DNA from: an uncultured virus (IMG/VR IMGVR_UViG_3300017746_000005)
Taxonomy: Duplodnaviria; Heunggongvirae; Uroviricota; Caudoviricetes
Reading direction: 5' to 3' (one strand)
Virus record (IMG/VR): IMGVR_UViG_3300017746_000005
Span: 1-64,000 of that record
DNA length: 64,000 nt
Below, piece after piece: positions 55,463 to 63,596 of the stretch. The number at the start of each line of letters is the position of its first letter. The first letter of the stretch is position 1. Made by a program: the position numbers and the translations under genes. Below the pieces are notes generated by a model. It saw only the letters and a program-made list of their open reading frames with translations, was not told the origin of the DNA and searched no databases.

Positions 55463-56586
55463 AATTGAAAAAACAAGTAGGATTTCACTTATCCCATAAC
55501 TCCTCAGTATCAGTTCTTTCTGAAGATGGGGACATTGAACTTTTCCTGGAAGAAGAAAGATTGTCTAGATTAAAATATGATAACGATCCATTTCATGCAT
55601 GTAACATGGTTCTTGGTGGACTTACCATGGATGAGATTGAAAAATATGAAGTAGCAACATCTGCATTAATATCTAAAGACAAGCTGGGAGTAAGTACATT
55701 AGATCGTAGTAGTGATATGTTAATAATGTATGTTTCTAAATCATTAAAACTTCTACCACATGAACAAAACTCTTTTAAGTATGAAATAGTCAAAGAAAAA
55801 TTTGAAAAGTTTTTTGATCATCACTTATTTCATGCTTATTGTGGATTCTATAATTCTGGATTTGATGATGCAGTTGTAGTTGTGGTTGATGGTATGGGAA
55901 ACTTCCTTACTCCTGCAGAAGATAGGCATGAGGTTGTTTCCATATTCGATGCATCTTATCCATGTAATATGAATTCTTTAGGAGGGATGTCTACACCCTC
56001 TTATGATAGTTGTGATGAATCTGAACATAAAGGTGAGTGGACATGTGGAATTGGTATGGTGTACTCCGCAGTATCCTCATATATGGGTTTTGGTGGACTT
56101 GGGGCTGGAATAGTAATGGGTCTTGCTTCATACGGTAAAGAAGATCCCAATATTAGATCTTTCCTTTCTGATGGATTTAATGTAGATTCAAATCTTTTTT
56201 ATAGGTCTAAGTATGGATGTAATTTTATTCCATATGATTACTTACCTCATCATAGAGAAGCTGAAAATACTGAGAATCACTTTGAAAAATTAGCTAACCT
56301 TGCTTGGAGACTTCAGGAAGATTTTCAGACTCATATGTTAAAAATTTTATTGGACGCTCTTGCAATATCGAAACGTAAAAATATTATTTTAACTGGTGGA
56401 TGTGCATTAAACTGTTCTGCAAATTATTGGTATTTGGATAAGTTGCCAAAAGATGTTAAACTATATGTGGAACCTATTAGTAGTGATGCTGGAATTAGTA
56501 TTGGAGTATCTAAAGCTCAATATTATTCCAAAACTGGTTCCATGAAAAAATATCCACTTAAAAACTTATACTTAGGACCCGAATGA
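55459..56586 (+). CDS. carbamoyltransferase N-terminal (Kae1-like) domain-only protein B
   Basis: close paralog of 54344..55462; HHLFHA, VVDGMG, GIVMGLASYG, SDAG; ends at LYLGPE. Confidence 0.85.
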   Translation: MKLKKQVGFHLSHNSSVSVLSEDGDIELFLEEERLSRLKYDNDPFHACNMVLGGLTMDEIEKYEVATSALISKDKLGVSTLDRSSDMLIMYVSKSLKLLPHEQNSFKYEIVKEKFEKFFDHHLFHAYCGFYNSGFDDAVVVVVDGMGNFLTPAEDRHEVVSIFDASYPCNMNSLGGMSTPSYDSCDESEHKGEWTCGIGMVYSAVSSYMGFGGLGAGIVMGLASYGKEDPNIRSFLSDGFNVDSNLFYRSKYGCNFIPYDYLPHHREAENTENHFEKLANLAWRLQEDFQTHMLKILLDALAISKRKNIILTGGCALNCSANYWYLDKLPKDVKLYVEPISSDAGISIGVSKAQYYSKTGSMKKYPLKNLYLGPE

Positions 56587-56909
56587 GATATAATGTAGAT
56601 ATAGACGGCACTATCTGTATTCCTGGAAAAGGAGAAGGCAGATATACTGAAGCTGTACCTATCCCAGAAAGGATCTCTAAAATAAATGATCTATATATTA
56701 AAGGACATCAGATAATCTACCATACCGCTAGAGGTATGGGTACATTTAATAATGATCGAGAACAAGCTAAGGAAAAGTATTACGACTTCACTCACAAACA
56801 ACTGTTAGAATGGGGATGTATGTTTCACGATCTTTTCTTAGGAAAACCTTCAGCTGACTATTACATTGACGACAAGGGAGTAAGTGCCGATGAATTCTTC
56901 GATACCTAG
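56583..56909 (+). CDS. minimal HAD-family phosphatase (capsule-biosynthesis phosphatase-like; candidate GmhB equivalent)
   Basis: VDIDGTIC, YHTARG, GKP.ADYYIDDK HAD motifs. Confidence 0.8.
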   Translation: MRYNVDIDGTICIPGKGEGRYTEAVPIPERISKINDLYIKGHQIIYHTARGMGTFNNDREQAKEKYYDFTHKQLLEWGCMFHDLFLGKPSADYYIDDKGVSADEFFDT

Positions 56910-57264
56910 AGCAGCAGAACCAATTAAGTTCGTGTCCAAAGGATGGGGATATGAAAAATGGATAGTTAACTCAGAACAATATTGTGGCAAACTCCTTTTC
57001 ATTGCAAAAGGAAAACAATGTTCTTGGCACTTTCATAAAAAGAAAGACGAAGTTTTCTATGTTCAAAGTGGAAAAATTAAAATCTACTATGGGTGGGATG
57101 ACAATATTGAAGTCGCTAATGTATCTGTACTAGAAACTGGAGATAAGTTTCATGTTCCTATTGGAATGAAACATAGAATGTATGGTCTTTCCGATACTGA
57201 ATTATTTGAATTTAGTACAGAACATTTTGATGAAGATAGTAATAGAATTGAATCTGGAGATTGA
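56890..57264 (+). CDS. cupin-domain protein (sugar isomerase-like)
   Basis: KGWGYE.W, YCGKLL, S.H.H..KDE.FYV..G, GD.F..P.G..HR, EFST.HFDEDS.R. Confidence 0.8.
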   Translation: MNSSIPRAAEPIKFVSKGWGYEKWIVNSEQYCGKLLFIAKGKQCSWHFHKKKDEVFYVQSGKIKIYYGWDDNIEVANVSVLETGDKFHVPIGMKHRMYGLSDTELFEFSTEHFDEDSNRIESGD

Positions 57265-57869
57265 TGAGAGCTGAAAAAATAACAGATCTAATTGTGGTTT
57301 TGAAAAATCACATCCCAGACAAAACCTGTGATGAAATATTGGAATGGTTTAAATCGAACAAACATCTTCAAAGTGATGGGTGCGTTTATAGCACAAAAAA
57401 CGGAAAAAACATTGGACCTAGTGTTAAAAAAGATTTTAAAAATGCTATTCAGACTCTAGTCCCTCCAGAAGCACCTATCTCAGACAAGATGACAGAGATC
57501 ACTATGTCTGCTTTTAGGGAAGCAGGTTCTAGATATCCAGTTCCAGAAGATAGCATGACTCTAAATGATTATTGCGTTAGGGTATATCCCAAGAACGAAG
57601 GAATATTTAAGACTCATGTGGACCAACATGCATTTGGTACAGTAAGTAGAATATTTGCTTGCATTATGTATCTCAATGATGTTGAGGAAGGTGGAGAAAC
57701 AGAATTTCCAGATTGGAATATAGCAGTAAGACCAGAGAAGGGGAAAGTACTATTATTTCCATGCAATTATTTGTTCAAACATAAAGGAAATGCTCCCATT
57801 TCCGAAGAAAAATATATCGCTACAAATTTTATTAACTTTATGGTGCAAGATATTCCTCTAACGTCTTGA
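57264..57869 (+). CDS. 2OG-Fe(II) oxygenase (prolyl-4-hydroxylase-like)
   Basis: HVD, IMYLNDVEEGGETEF, G.VLLFP....F.H.G..P.S..KYI. Confidence 0.85.
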   Translation: MRAEKITDLIVVLKNHIPDKTCDEILEWFKSNKHLQSDGCVYSTKNGKNIGPSVKKDFKNAIQTLVPPEAPISDKMTEITMSAFREAGSRYPVPEDSMTLNDYCVRVYPKNEGIFKTHVDQHAFGTVSRIFACIMYLNDVEEGGETEFPDWNIAVRPEKGKVLLFPCNYLFKHKGNAPISEEKYIATNFINFMVQDIPLTS

Positions 57870-58641
57870 GTCTATAGTTTAACCATTTCATATCTGCACA
57901 GGTATAATCTTGATACTTACCTTTTAGGTGATCTGGGAAAGGAATCATTTCGATTTCTCCCCCTTCTTTTTTAGCAACTAACTCTGCAACTCTCTGGAAT
58001 GACATTGGTTTGCCAGTTCCAATATCATAGATTCCACTGGGAGCGTCATTATTCATGACAATATTGACTATATCATCTACACATACAAAGTCCCTATAAA
58101 AATTATCCGATCCTTCAAACAATTTAAGTTTCCCAGTCTCTTTGATCTGTTTGGTAAACTTTGAGACTGGACTTGCTTGGTCTCCCTTATGATCTTCTCC
58201 AGTTCCGTATACATTAAAATATCTAAATCCTTGGATACTTTCAAACCGATCTATATTGTCCAATACGTAATAATCTATGATTAGTTTTGAAATTGCATAT
58301 TGATTCAGTGGATTGATCTTCCTACATTCTCTTGTTTGATTACCATACACAGATGCCGAGGATGCATACTTTATAGGAATTTTATGTTCAATTGCATGTG
58401 AAAATAGGTGAGCAGTAAAAGATTGATTGTAATGTGCAATCTTTACCCAGTTTTTTTCTGTTGTAGATGAGATTGCTCCATTATGAATTATTAAGTCTAC
58501 ATTTTCCCATCCATTAAATTTGGACAGAAATTTCCATGCGTTATCGACATCAATTCCAATAACATCATGTTCTCCTTCAGTTTCAAAATAGTTTTGAAAG
58601 TGAGATCCAATAAACCCTTTATATCCAGTAATTAAAATCAT
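57838..58641 (-). CDS. hldD: ADP-L-glycero-D-manno-heptose 6-epimerase-like extended SDR
   Basis: ILITG.KGFIG, H.GAISSTTE, YASSASVYG, PLN.YA.SK, FRYFNVYG..E.HKG..ASPV, RDFV.V.D, IPFP.HLKGKYQ.YT.AD. Confidence 0.88.
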   Translation of the reverse strand: MILITGYKGFIGSHFQNYFETEGEHDVIGIDVDNAWKFLSKFNGWENVDLIIHNGAISSTTEKNWVKIAHYNQSFTAHLFSHAIEHKIPIKYASSASVYGNQTRECRKINPLNQYAISKLIIDYYVLDNIDRFESIQGFRYFNVYGTGEDHKGDQASPVSKFTKQIKETGKLKLFEGSDNFYRDFVCVDDIVNIVMNNDAPSGIYDIGTGKPMSFQRVAELVAKKEGGEIEMIPFPDHLKGKYQDYTCADMKWLNYRLKTLEEYLAP

Positions 58642-59348
58642 CAGTATACTATCGTTGGAATAGGTAGAAATATTGATTGAGCGAGTCTATACACCTGTTG
58701 ATCAAAGTGACCTGGATGTTGATATACACCATGAAGAAAATTATCTGGATATACAATCAATCTATTGTATTTCATTTCTGCTAAGTGAACAAGTTCCCAA
58801 GGACCAACACTATCTCTTACGGTGTCCTCTTTCCAGATTCCAGATTGGTATACATCAACACAACTCATTCCCTTATAAGTATAAAATCCAGTGCCACCAT
58901 GACATTCTTCTGGCGTGTTTAAATAAATTACACCTGCCCAACCCCTAACTAAATTTTTACTATCTATAGGAGAATCTACGTGTGGAATAAGTGCTTGATC
59001 TGATGCAGTTACATTTACCGAGAATGTAAGTTGTTTGCATCCACAGATAAATCGTTCTTCTTCCTCTTTTGTCAATCCATAAACTGATTTGGCTATGTCA
59101 GTCCAGATTGGAACTAAATGATCAAGATCAAAATTTGCACTAACTCTACCACCTGGCACTCCTCCACAAATTCTTCTATTTAAAGTTGGAGGGATTCTTA
59201 GAGCCAAATCTCTAACTTGATCGGGATTTTTATAAAAATTATCGATGTATACGATTGGTTTTTCTTCCCATCCCATTAACTCTACTCTTGCATCCAATTC
59301 ATCATTGACTGCAAACGTTTCGATTTCATTTATTAAGTACTTTTCCAT
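58641..59348 (-). CDS. 2OG-Fe(II) oxygenase-like protein (DUF6445-like), paralog of 48955..49587
   Basis: IDNFYKNPDQVR, PHVD, WAGVIYLN..EEC.GGTGFY, MKYNRLIVY....LH, RLAQ..F. Confidence 0.75.
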   Translation of the reverse strand: MEKYLINEIETFAVNDELDARVELMGWEEKPIVYIDNFYKNPDQVRDLALRIPPTLNRRICGGVPGGRVSANFDLDHLVPIWTDIAKSVYGLTKEEEERFICGCKQLTFSVNVTASDQALIPHVDSPIDSKNLVRGWAGVIYLNTPEECHGGTGFYTYKGMSCVDVYQSGIWKEDTVRDSVGPWELVHLAEMKYNRLIVYPDNFLHGVYQHPGHFDQQVYRLAQSIFLPIPTIVY

Positions 59349-59352
59349 GAGA

Positions 59353-59360
59353 TATAAATA
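59353..59360 (+). promoter_or_regulatory. T4-type late promoter for gp13
   Basis: exact TATAAATA upstream of ATG 59387. Confidence 0.75.
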
Positions 59361-59386
59361 TGTTGAGAACCCTATGATTATTAGGA

Positions 59387-60205
59387 ATGGCTAAGCCCTC
59401 CAGTAGAGAAGCATTGAAGCAGTATTGCCTCAGGAAACTCGGAAAGCCAGTATTGGAAGTCAATGTCGATGATGATCAAATCGAAGACTTGATAGACGAT
59501 GCACTCCAATTATATCATGAAAGACATGGTGAGGGAATAGATAGAGTATTTTTAAAACATAAGTTGACCGAGGCAGAAAGAACTGCTATGGTTGGAATTG
59601 CTCAAACAACAACTGTTACTGATACTTTTGGCGGGATTTCTTCTGCAGATTATACAGAACAAGCTAACTACCTTCCATTACCAGACACTATTATTGGAGT
59701 CAATAAGATATTTAAAATGGACTCATCCACCTTATCGGCGGGGATGTTCAATATAAAATATCAACTCTTCCTTAATGATTTATACTACTACGGCGCAATA
59801 GATTTATTGAACTATAGTCAAACAAAATCATACTTGGAGACTATAGATTTTCTTCTTAATCCAGAAGTCCAAATAAGATTTAACAAAAAGAACAGTAGAT
59901 TATACATGGATATAAATCTAAAAGAACTCACAGAAGATCATTTTCTAATATTAGATTGTTATAGAGTTGTAGATCCAGAAAGTGAAACTGCTGTATATAA
60001 TGATCTATGGATTAAGAGGTATACAACATCTCTAATTAAAAGACAATGGGGACAAAACCTAATTAAGTTCCAAGGAGTTAAGCTTCCTGGTGGACTTGAG
60101 ATGAACGGTAGACAACTATTTGATGACGCTCAACGAGAATTAGAAGATCATGAACAAAAGTTGATAACTGAATATGCCATGCCACCCCTAGATATGATAG
60201 GATAA
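59387..60205 (+). CDS. gp13: neck protein gp13
   Basis: MAKP.SR..LK.YCLR.LG.PVLEVNV.DDQ, KRQWGQNLIKF.GV.LPGG, PPLDMIG. Confidence 0.95.
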   Translation: MAKPSSREALKQYCLRKLGKPVLEVNVDDDQIEDLIDDALQLYHERHGEGIDRVFLKHKLTEAERTAMVGIAQTTTVTDTFGGISSADYTEQANYLPLPDTIIGVNKIFKMDSSTLSAGMFNIKYQLFLNDLYYYGAIDLLNYSQTKSYLETIDFLLNPEVQIRFNKKNSRLYMDINLKELTEDHFLILDCYRVVDPESETAVYNDLWIKRYTTSLIKRQWGQNLIKFQGVKLPGGLEMNGRQLFDDAQRELEDHEQKLITEYAMPPLDMIG

Positions 60206-62496
60206 TGCCCTTAAATCCATTTTTTCTCCACGGTTCACCAAGCGAACAGAGATTGGTTCAGGACTTGGTTAACGAACATCTAAAAATGTTCGGTCAGGAT
60301 GTCTTGTACATGCCTAGGAGGATTGTTAATGAGCAAACAGTTATTAAAGAAATAACTGCATCTAGGTTTGATGATAGTTTTAGACTCGAAGCTTACTTGG
60401 TTAACTTTGATGGATTTGGAAGTCCATCAGAAATTCTATCAAAATTTGGAGTTAGATCACAAGACGAGATACAATTAGTAATATCTAAAGAAAGATATGA
60501 TGATTTTATATCTCCTCTATTGAAGTTGTGGCCAGAAGATGAAATTAAAGTTGCAACTAGACCTCAAGAAGGAGATTTAATCTATCTCCCTCTAGACAAC
60601 GCATTGTTTGAAATTAAGTTTGTAGAGACGAAAGTTCCTTTCTATCAACTCAATGATCTTTACATGTATGAATTGAGATGCGAGATCTTTGAATATGAAG
60701 ATGAGATCATTGATCTTCCAGATACTCTTGCTGGTGTCAATGGCGATGAAGTCATGGAACCAATTGGTATGGGTGGTCAATTTATATCCCTTCAGTTGGC
60801 TAAGGATACTTATGGTAATGCAACTGCATCGGTATCTCTTGCGTCTACAATTTTTGGAACAAAGTCGGTACAGTATATTCAATTATTTAATGATGGTAAT
60901 TATAAATCAACACCATCAGTATATGTTTCAAAACCAACCAGAGGAAATCAAGCCACTGGTATTGCAACTGCGGTCAATGGTCGTGTAAAAACAGTCAATT
61001 TGCATTTTGGTGGAACAAATTATATTCAGATTCCACAAGTAACTTTTACACCGCCAAACAGAACGGTAGCAACAGAAACAAAGTTTGGAAATAACTCCTT
61101 ATATCACGACAATACTCAGGATACGGAACAGTCAAGATTTGAGTTCCCAACAAATATTGACTCTAGAGATACTGAAGATGGGAGATTGTCTTTTAGTATG
61201 TGGTTTTATCCAACTACATTTACTCCAAATCCAAGTTATGGTGGAGTTATTTTGTGGTCTGACAGAATCAAAGTATACCATAGAGATTCTGGAACTGTAG
61301 TTTTTGCTTCTGGATCTACTGCCATTGAAAATCCAAATCCACTTACATTGAATGCATGGAACTTCATTAGAATTGAACAACATGGTTCTAATGCTAAACT
61401 CTGTGTGAATGGTAATCCTGGATCTGAGTATAGTAATGCAGACCCAATCATGTTCTTTGCGAACAACCAACTACATTATGGTGCGGATGCTTCTGGTCTA
61501 GGCAAACTAGATACAATCAAAGATGGATATATTGGATATCTAGATCATGTGACTCTCAATCTTACTGGGGATACTTCGTTTAGAACTGCCAGTGAAGCTC
61601 TTGTTCCAACAACAACATCAGAACAAGAAATAGATACACCAACATCCAAGACATCTCAGTTTGTTGAGAACCTCAATAATGAATATCCAGAAGTATATGC
61701 CTCTATAAATGCGGACAGAGAGGTGTCTGGACTGCAAATTGTTTACGGTGGTAGTGGATATGTTTCTAATCCATTAATGACTATTGAGAAACCAGATCTT
61801 GGACAACAGGCAACTGCAGTTGCTATTATGACGAGCAGGACTGGCGTTTCCAATAAGGCTATTGATAGAGTTCTATTAATTAACCCAGGAACTGGATACA
61901 CTACTCCTCCAAATATTACCTTTAGGGGAGGCAAACCAACATCAGTAGCTATTGCTACTGCTATAGTATCTACTGGTGTCCTTGGATCAGTAGGAATCGA
62001 TACCGCTGGATTTGGATACAACTTTACCCCAACTGTAGGGATCACTTCCGTGTTTGTTCCTCAGTCCAGTAATACCTCAGATCTAATTAAAAATGCACAG
62101 GCAGAATCAGTTGTAAGCACTGGATCTAGTATCGTTCAAATTAGATTCTCAAATGCAGGTGCGGGTTACACTGCGATTTCCCCATTGGTAGATATCCAAG
62201 AAGTTATAAATCCATTCTTTGGTGATTTCCTAATTGGAGAATCTGTGAGAGGAGTTTCCAGTGGAACAAGCGCACTTGTTGCTTCTTGGGATTCTGGTAA
62301 TAGAATATTAAAACTTGGCAATGCAACTGGAGATTTCCAGTATGGAGAAACTATTGTTGGTGCGGCAGCAAGTTATACTGTTGCTACTGCCAATTCTAAT
62401 TTTGAAGGCAATGAGTTTGCTTCCAATGATGAGATTGAATTTGAAGCAGACAACATTATTGATTTTACAGAAAGAAATCCTTTTGGGGAAGTCTAA
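60205..62496 (+). CDS. gp14: neck protein gp14 with large internal insertion (763 aa)
   Basis: LNPFFL.GS.SEQRLVQDL.NE, RP.EGDLIY.PL, PFYQL...Y.YELRCE.FEY, C-terminal IIDFTERNPFG. Confidence 0.92.
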   Translation: MPLNPFFLHGSPSEQRLVQDLVNEHLKMFGQDVLYMPRRIVNEQTVIKEITASRFDDSFRLEAYLVNFDGFGSPSEILSKFGVRSQDEIQLVISKERYDDFISPLLKLWPEDEIKVATRPQEGDLIYLPLDNALFEIKFVETKVPFYQLNDLYMYELRCEIFEYEDEIIDLPDTLAGVNGDEVMEPIGMGGQFISLQLAKDTYGNATASVSLASTIFGTKSVQYIQLFNDGNYKSTPSVYVSKPTRGNQATGIATAVNGRVKTVNLHFGGTNYIQIPQVTFTPPNRTVATETKFGNNSLYHDNTQDTEQSRFEFPTNIDSRDTEDGRLSFSMWFYPTTFTPNPSYGGVILWSDRIKVYHRDSGTVVFASGSTAIENPNPLTLNAWNFIRIEQHGSNAKLCVNGNPGSEYSNADPIMFFANNQLHYGADASGLGKLDTIKDGYIGYLDHVTLNLTGDTSFRTASEALVPTTTSEQEIDTPTSKTSQFVENLNNEYPEVYASINADREVSGLQIVYGGSGYVSNPLMTIEKPDLGQQATAVAIMTSRTGVSNKAIDRVLLINPGTGYTTPPNITFRGGKPTSVAIATAIVSTGVLGSVGIDTAGFGYNFTPTVGITSVFVPQSSNTSDLIKNAQAESVVSTGSSIVQIRFSNAGAGYTAISPLVDIQEVINPFFGDFLIGESVRGVSSGTSALVASWDSGNRILKLGNATGDFQYGETIVGAAASYTVATANSNFEGNEFASNDEIEFEADNIIDFTERNPFGEV

Positions 62497-62516
62497 ATAA
62501 TTAAAAATACTGTATC

Positions 62517-63596
62517 ATGTTAACTTCTCATTTCTATCACGAAATTATTAGGAAAGTAATTATTTCCTTCGGAACCCTTTTTAATGGGATCGAAATAAAG
62601 CATCAAGATAAAAATGACAAGACGTTTAGTGTTATTAATGTTCCAATTTCTTACGGACCAACTCAAAAGTTTCTAGCACGACTAGAGCAAAGTAGAGATT
62701 TAAGATCTCCAGGTAAACCAGCTGGTGCGTTGACATTACCGAGAATGTCATTTGAGATGATTGGAGTTCAATATGATGCTAGTAGGAAAATTTCTACTAT
62801 GCAAACTTTTAAGGCTGTTAATAAAGATACAAATAAATTGATTAAGGGATATATGCCTGTCCCATATAATATCAATATGCAATTGAGTATACTAACAAAA
62901 CTCAATGAAGATGCTCTAGAAATATTAGAACAAATTTTACCTTATTTTCAACCATCGTTTAATCTAACAGTCAATCTCACTGATACTATTGGAGAGACTA
63001 GAGATATTCCAATTACATTAGAAGCAATTCAGATGGATGATAATTATGAAGGAGACTTTTTAACAAGAAGAGCTTTAATTTATACTTTAAATTTTACTTG
63101 TAAAGCCTATCTTTACGGTCCTATTAGTGCAACTACTGACGGACTCATCAAGAAAGTTCAAGTTGATTATATGCAAGGAACTGATAATCGCAAAACTCCA
63201 AATAGACAACTTAGGTATACTGCTGTTCCTATTGCTATTAAAGATTATGATAATGATGATACTGCTAGAACTGGAGAAGTATTTGATGATCGAGTAACGG
63301 CATTTACTGTCTCAGATGCAACTCCATTTGTTTCCAATAGCTACATTCAAATTGATGAAGAAGTTATGCGAATCAGGTCTAAGAGTGGACAACGGTTGCA
63401 TGTAGAGAGAGGAGAATACGGAACGGTTGCTGTCCCTCATGATATTGATGTCCAGATCAATGCAATTACTATTCAAGATGATGTATATGTAGAAGCAAAT
63501 CTAGATGAGGATGACTTTGGATTTGGTGAAACGAGAACTGAATATTTGGATGGACAAGTCTATAGTATCAGTCAGAGTAGAGATTCTGACTTATGA
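62517..63596 (+). CDS. gp15: tail sheath stabilizer / terminator gp15
   Basis: FYHEIIRK.II.FGTLFN, P.SYGP.QKFLARL, LPRMSFE, EQILPYFQP, YLYGP; TCTAAATA at 62492-62499. Confidence 0.95.
   Translation: MLTSHFYHEIIRKVIISFGTLFNGIEIKHQDKNDKTFSVINVPISYGPTQKFLARLEQSRDLRSPGKPAGALTLPRMSFEMIGVQYDASRKISTMQTFKAVNKDTNKLIKGYMPVPYNINMQLSILTKLNEDALEILEQILPYFQPSFNLTVNLTDTIGETRDIPITLEAIQMDDNYEGDFLTRRALIYTLNFTCKAYLYGPISATTDGLIKKVQVDYMQGTDNRKTPNRQLRYTAVPIAIKDYDNDDTARTGEVFDDRVTAFTVSDATPFVSNSYIQIDEEVMRIRSKSGQRLHVERGEYGTVAVPHDIDVQINAITIQDDVYVEANLDEDDFGFGETRTEYLDGQVYSISQSRDSDL

Noticed and set aside
54344..56586. N-only carbamoyltransferases as frameshifted pseudogenes
   Set aside because: Both end at the same linker position, overlap the next start codon, keep metal-site motifs, and no C-terminal-domain remnant follows in the ORF track.
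702..57000. Numerous short minus-strand ORFs in the ORF track
   Set aside because: They lie antisense to well-supported + strand genes and show no recognisable motifs.
49651..58641. Cluster as a DNA hypermodification system (carbamoyltransferases and glycosyltransferases act on DNA in some phages)
   Set aside because: No hydroxymethylase, TET/JBP, methyltransferase or nucleotide-kinase gene in the window, and the context is fibre/neck genes with late-type promoters. Disfavoured, not excluded.
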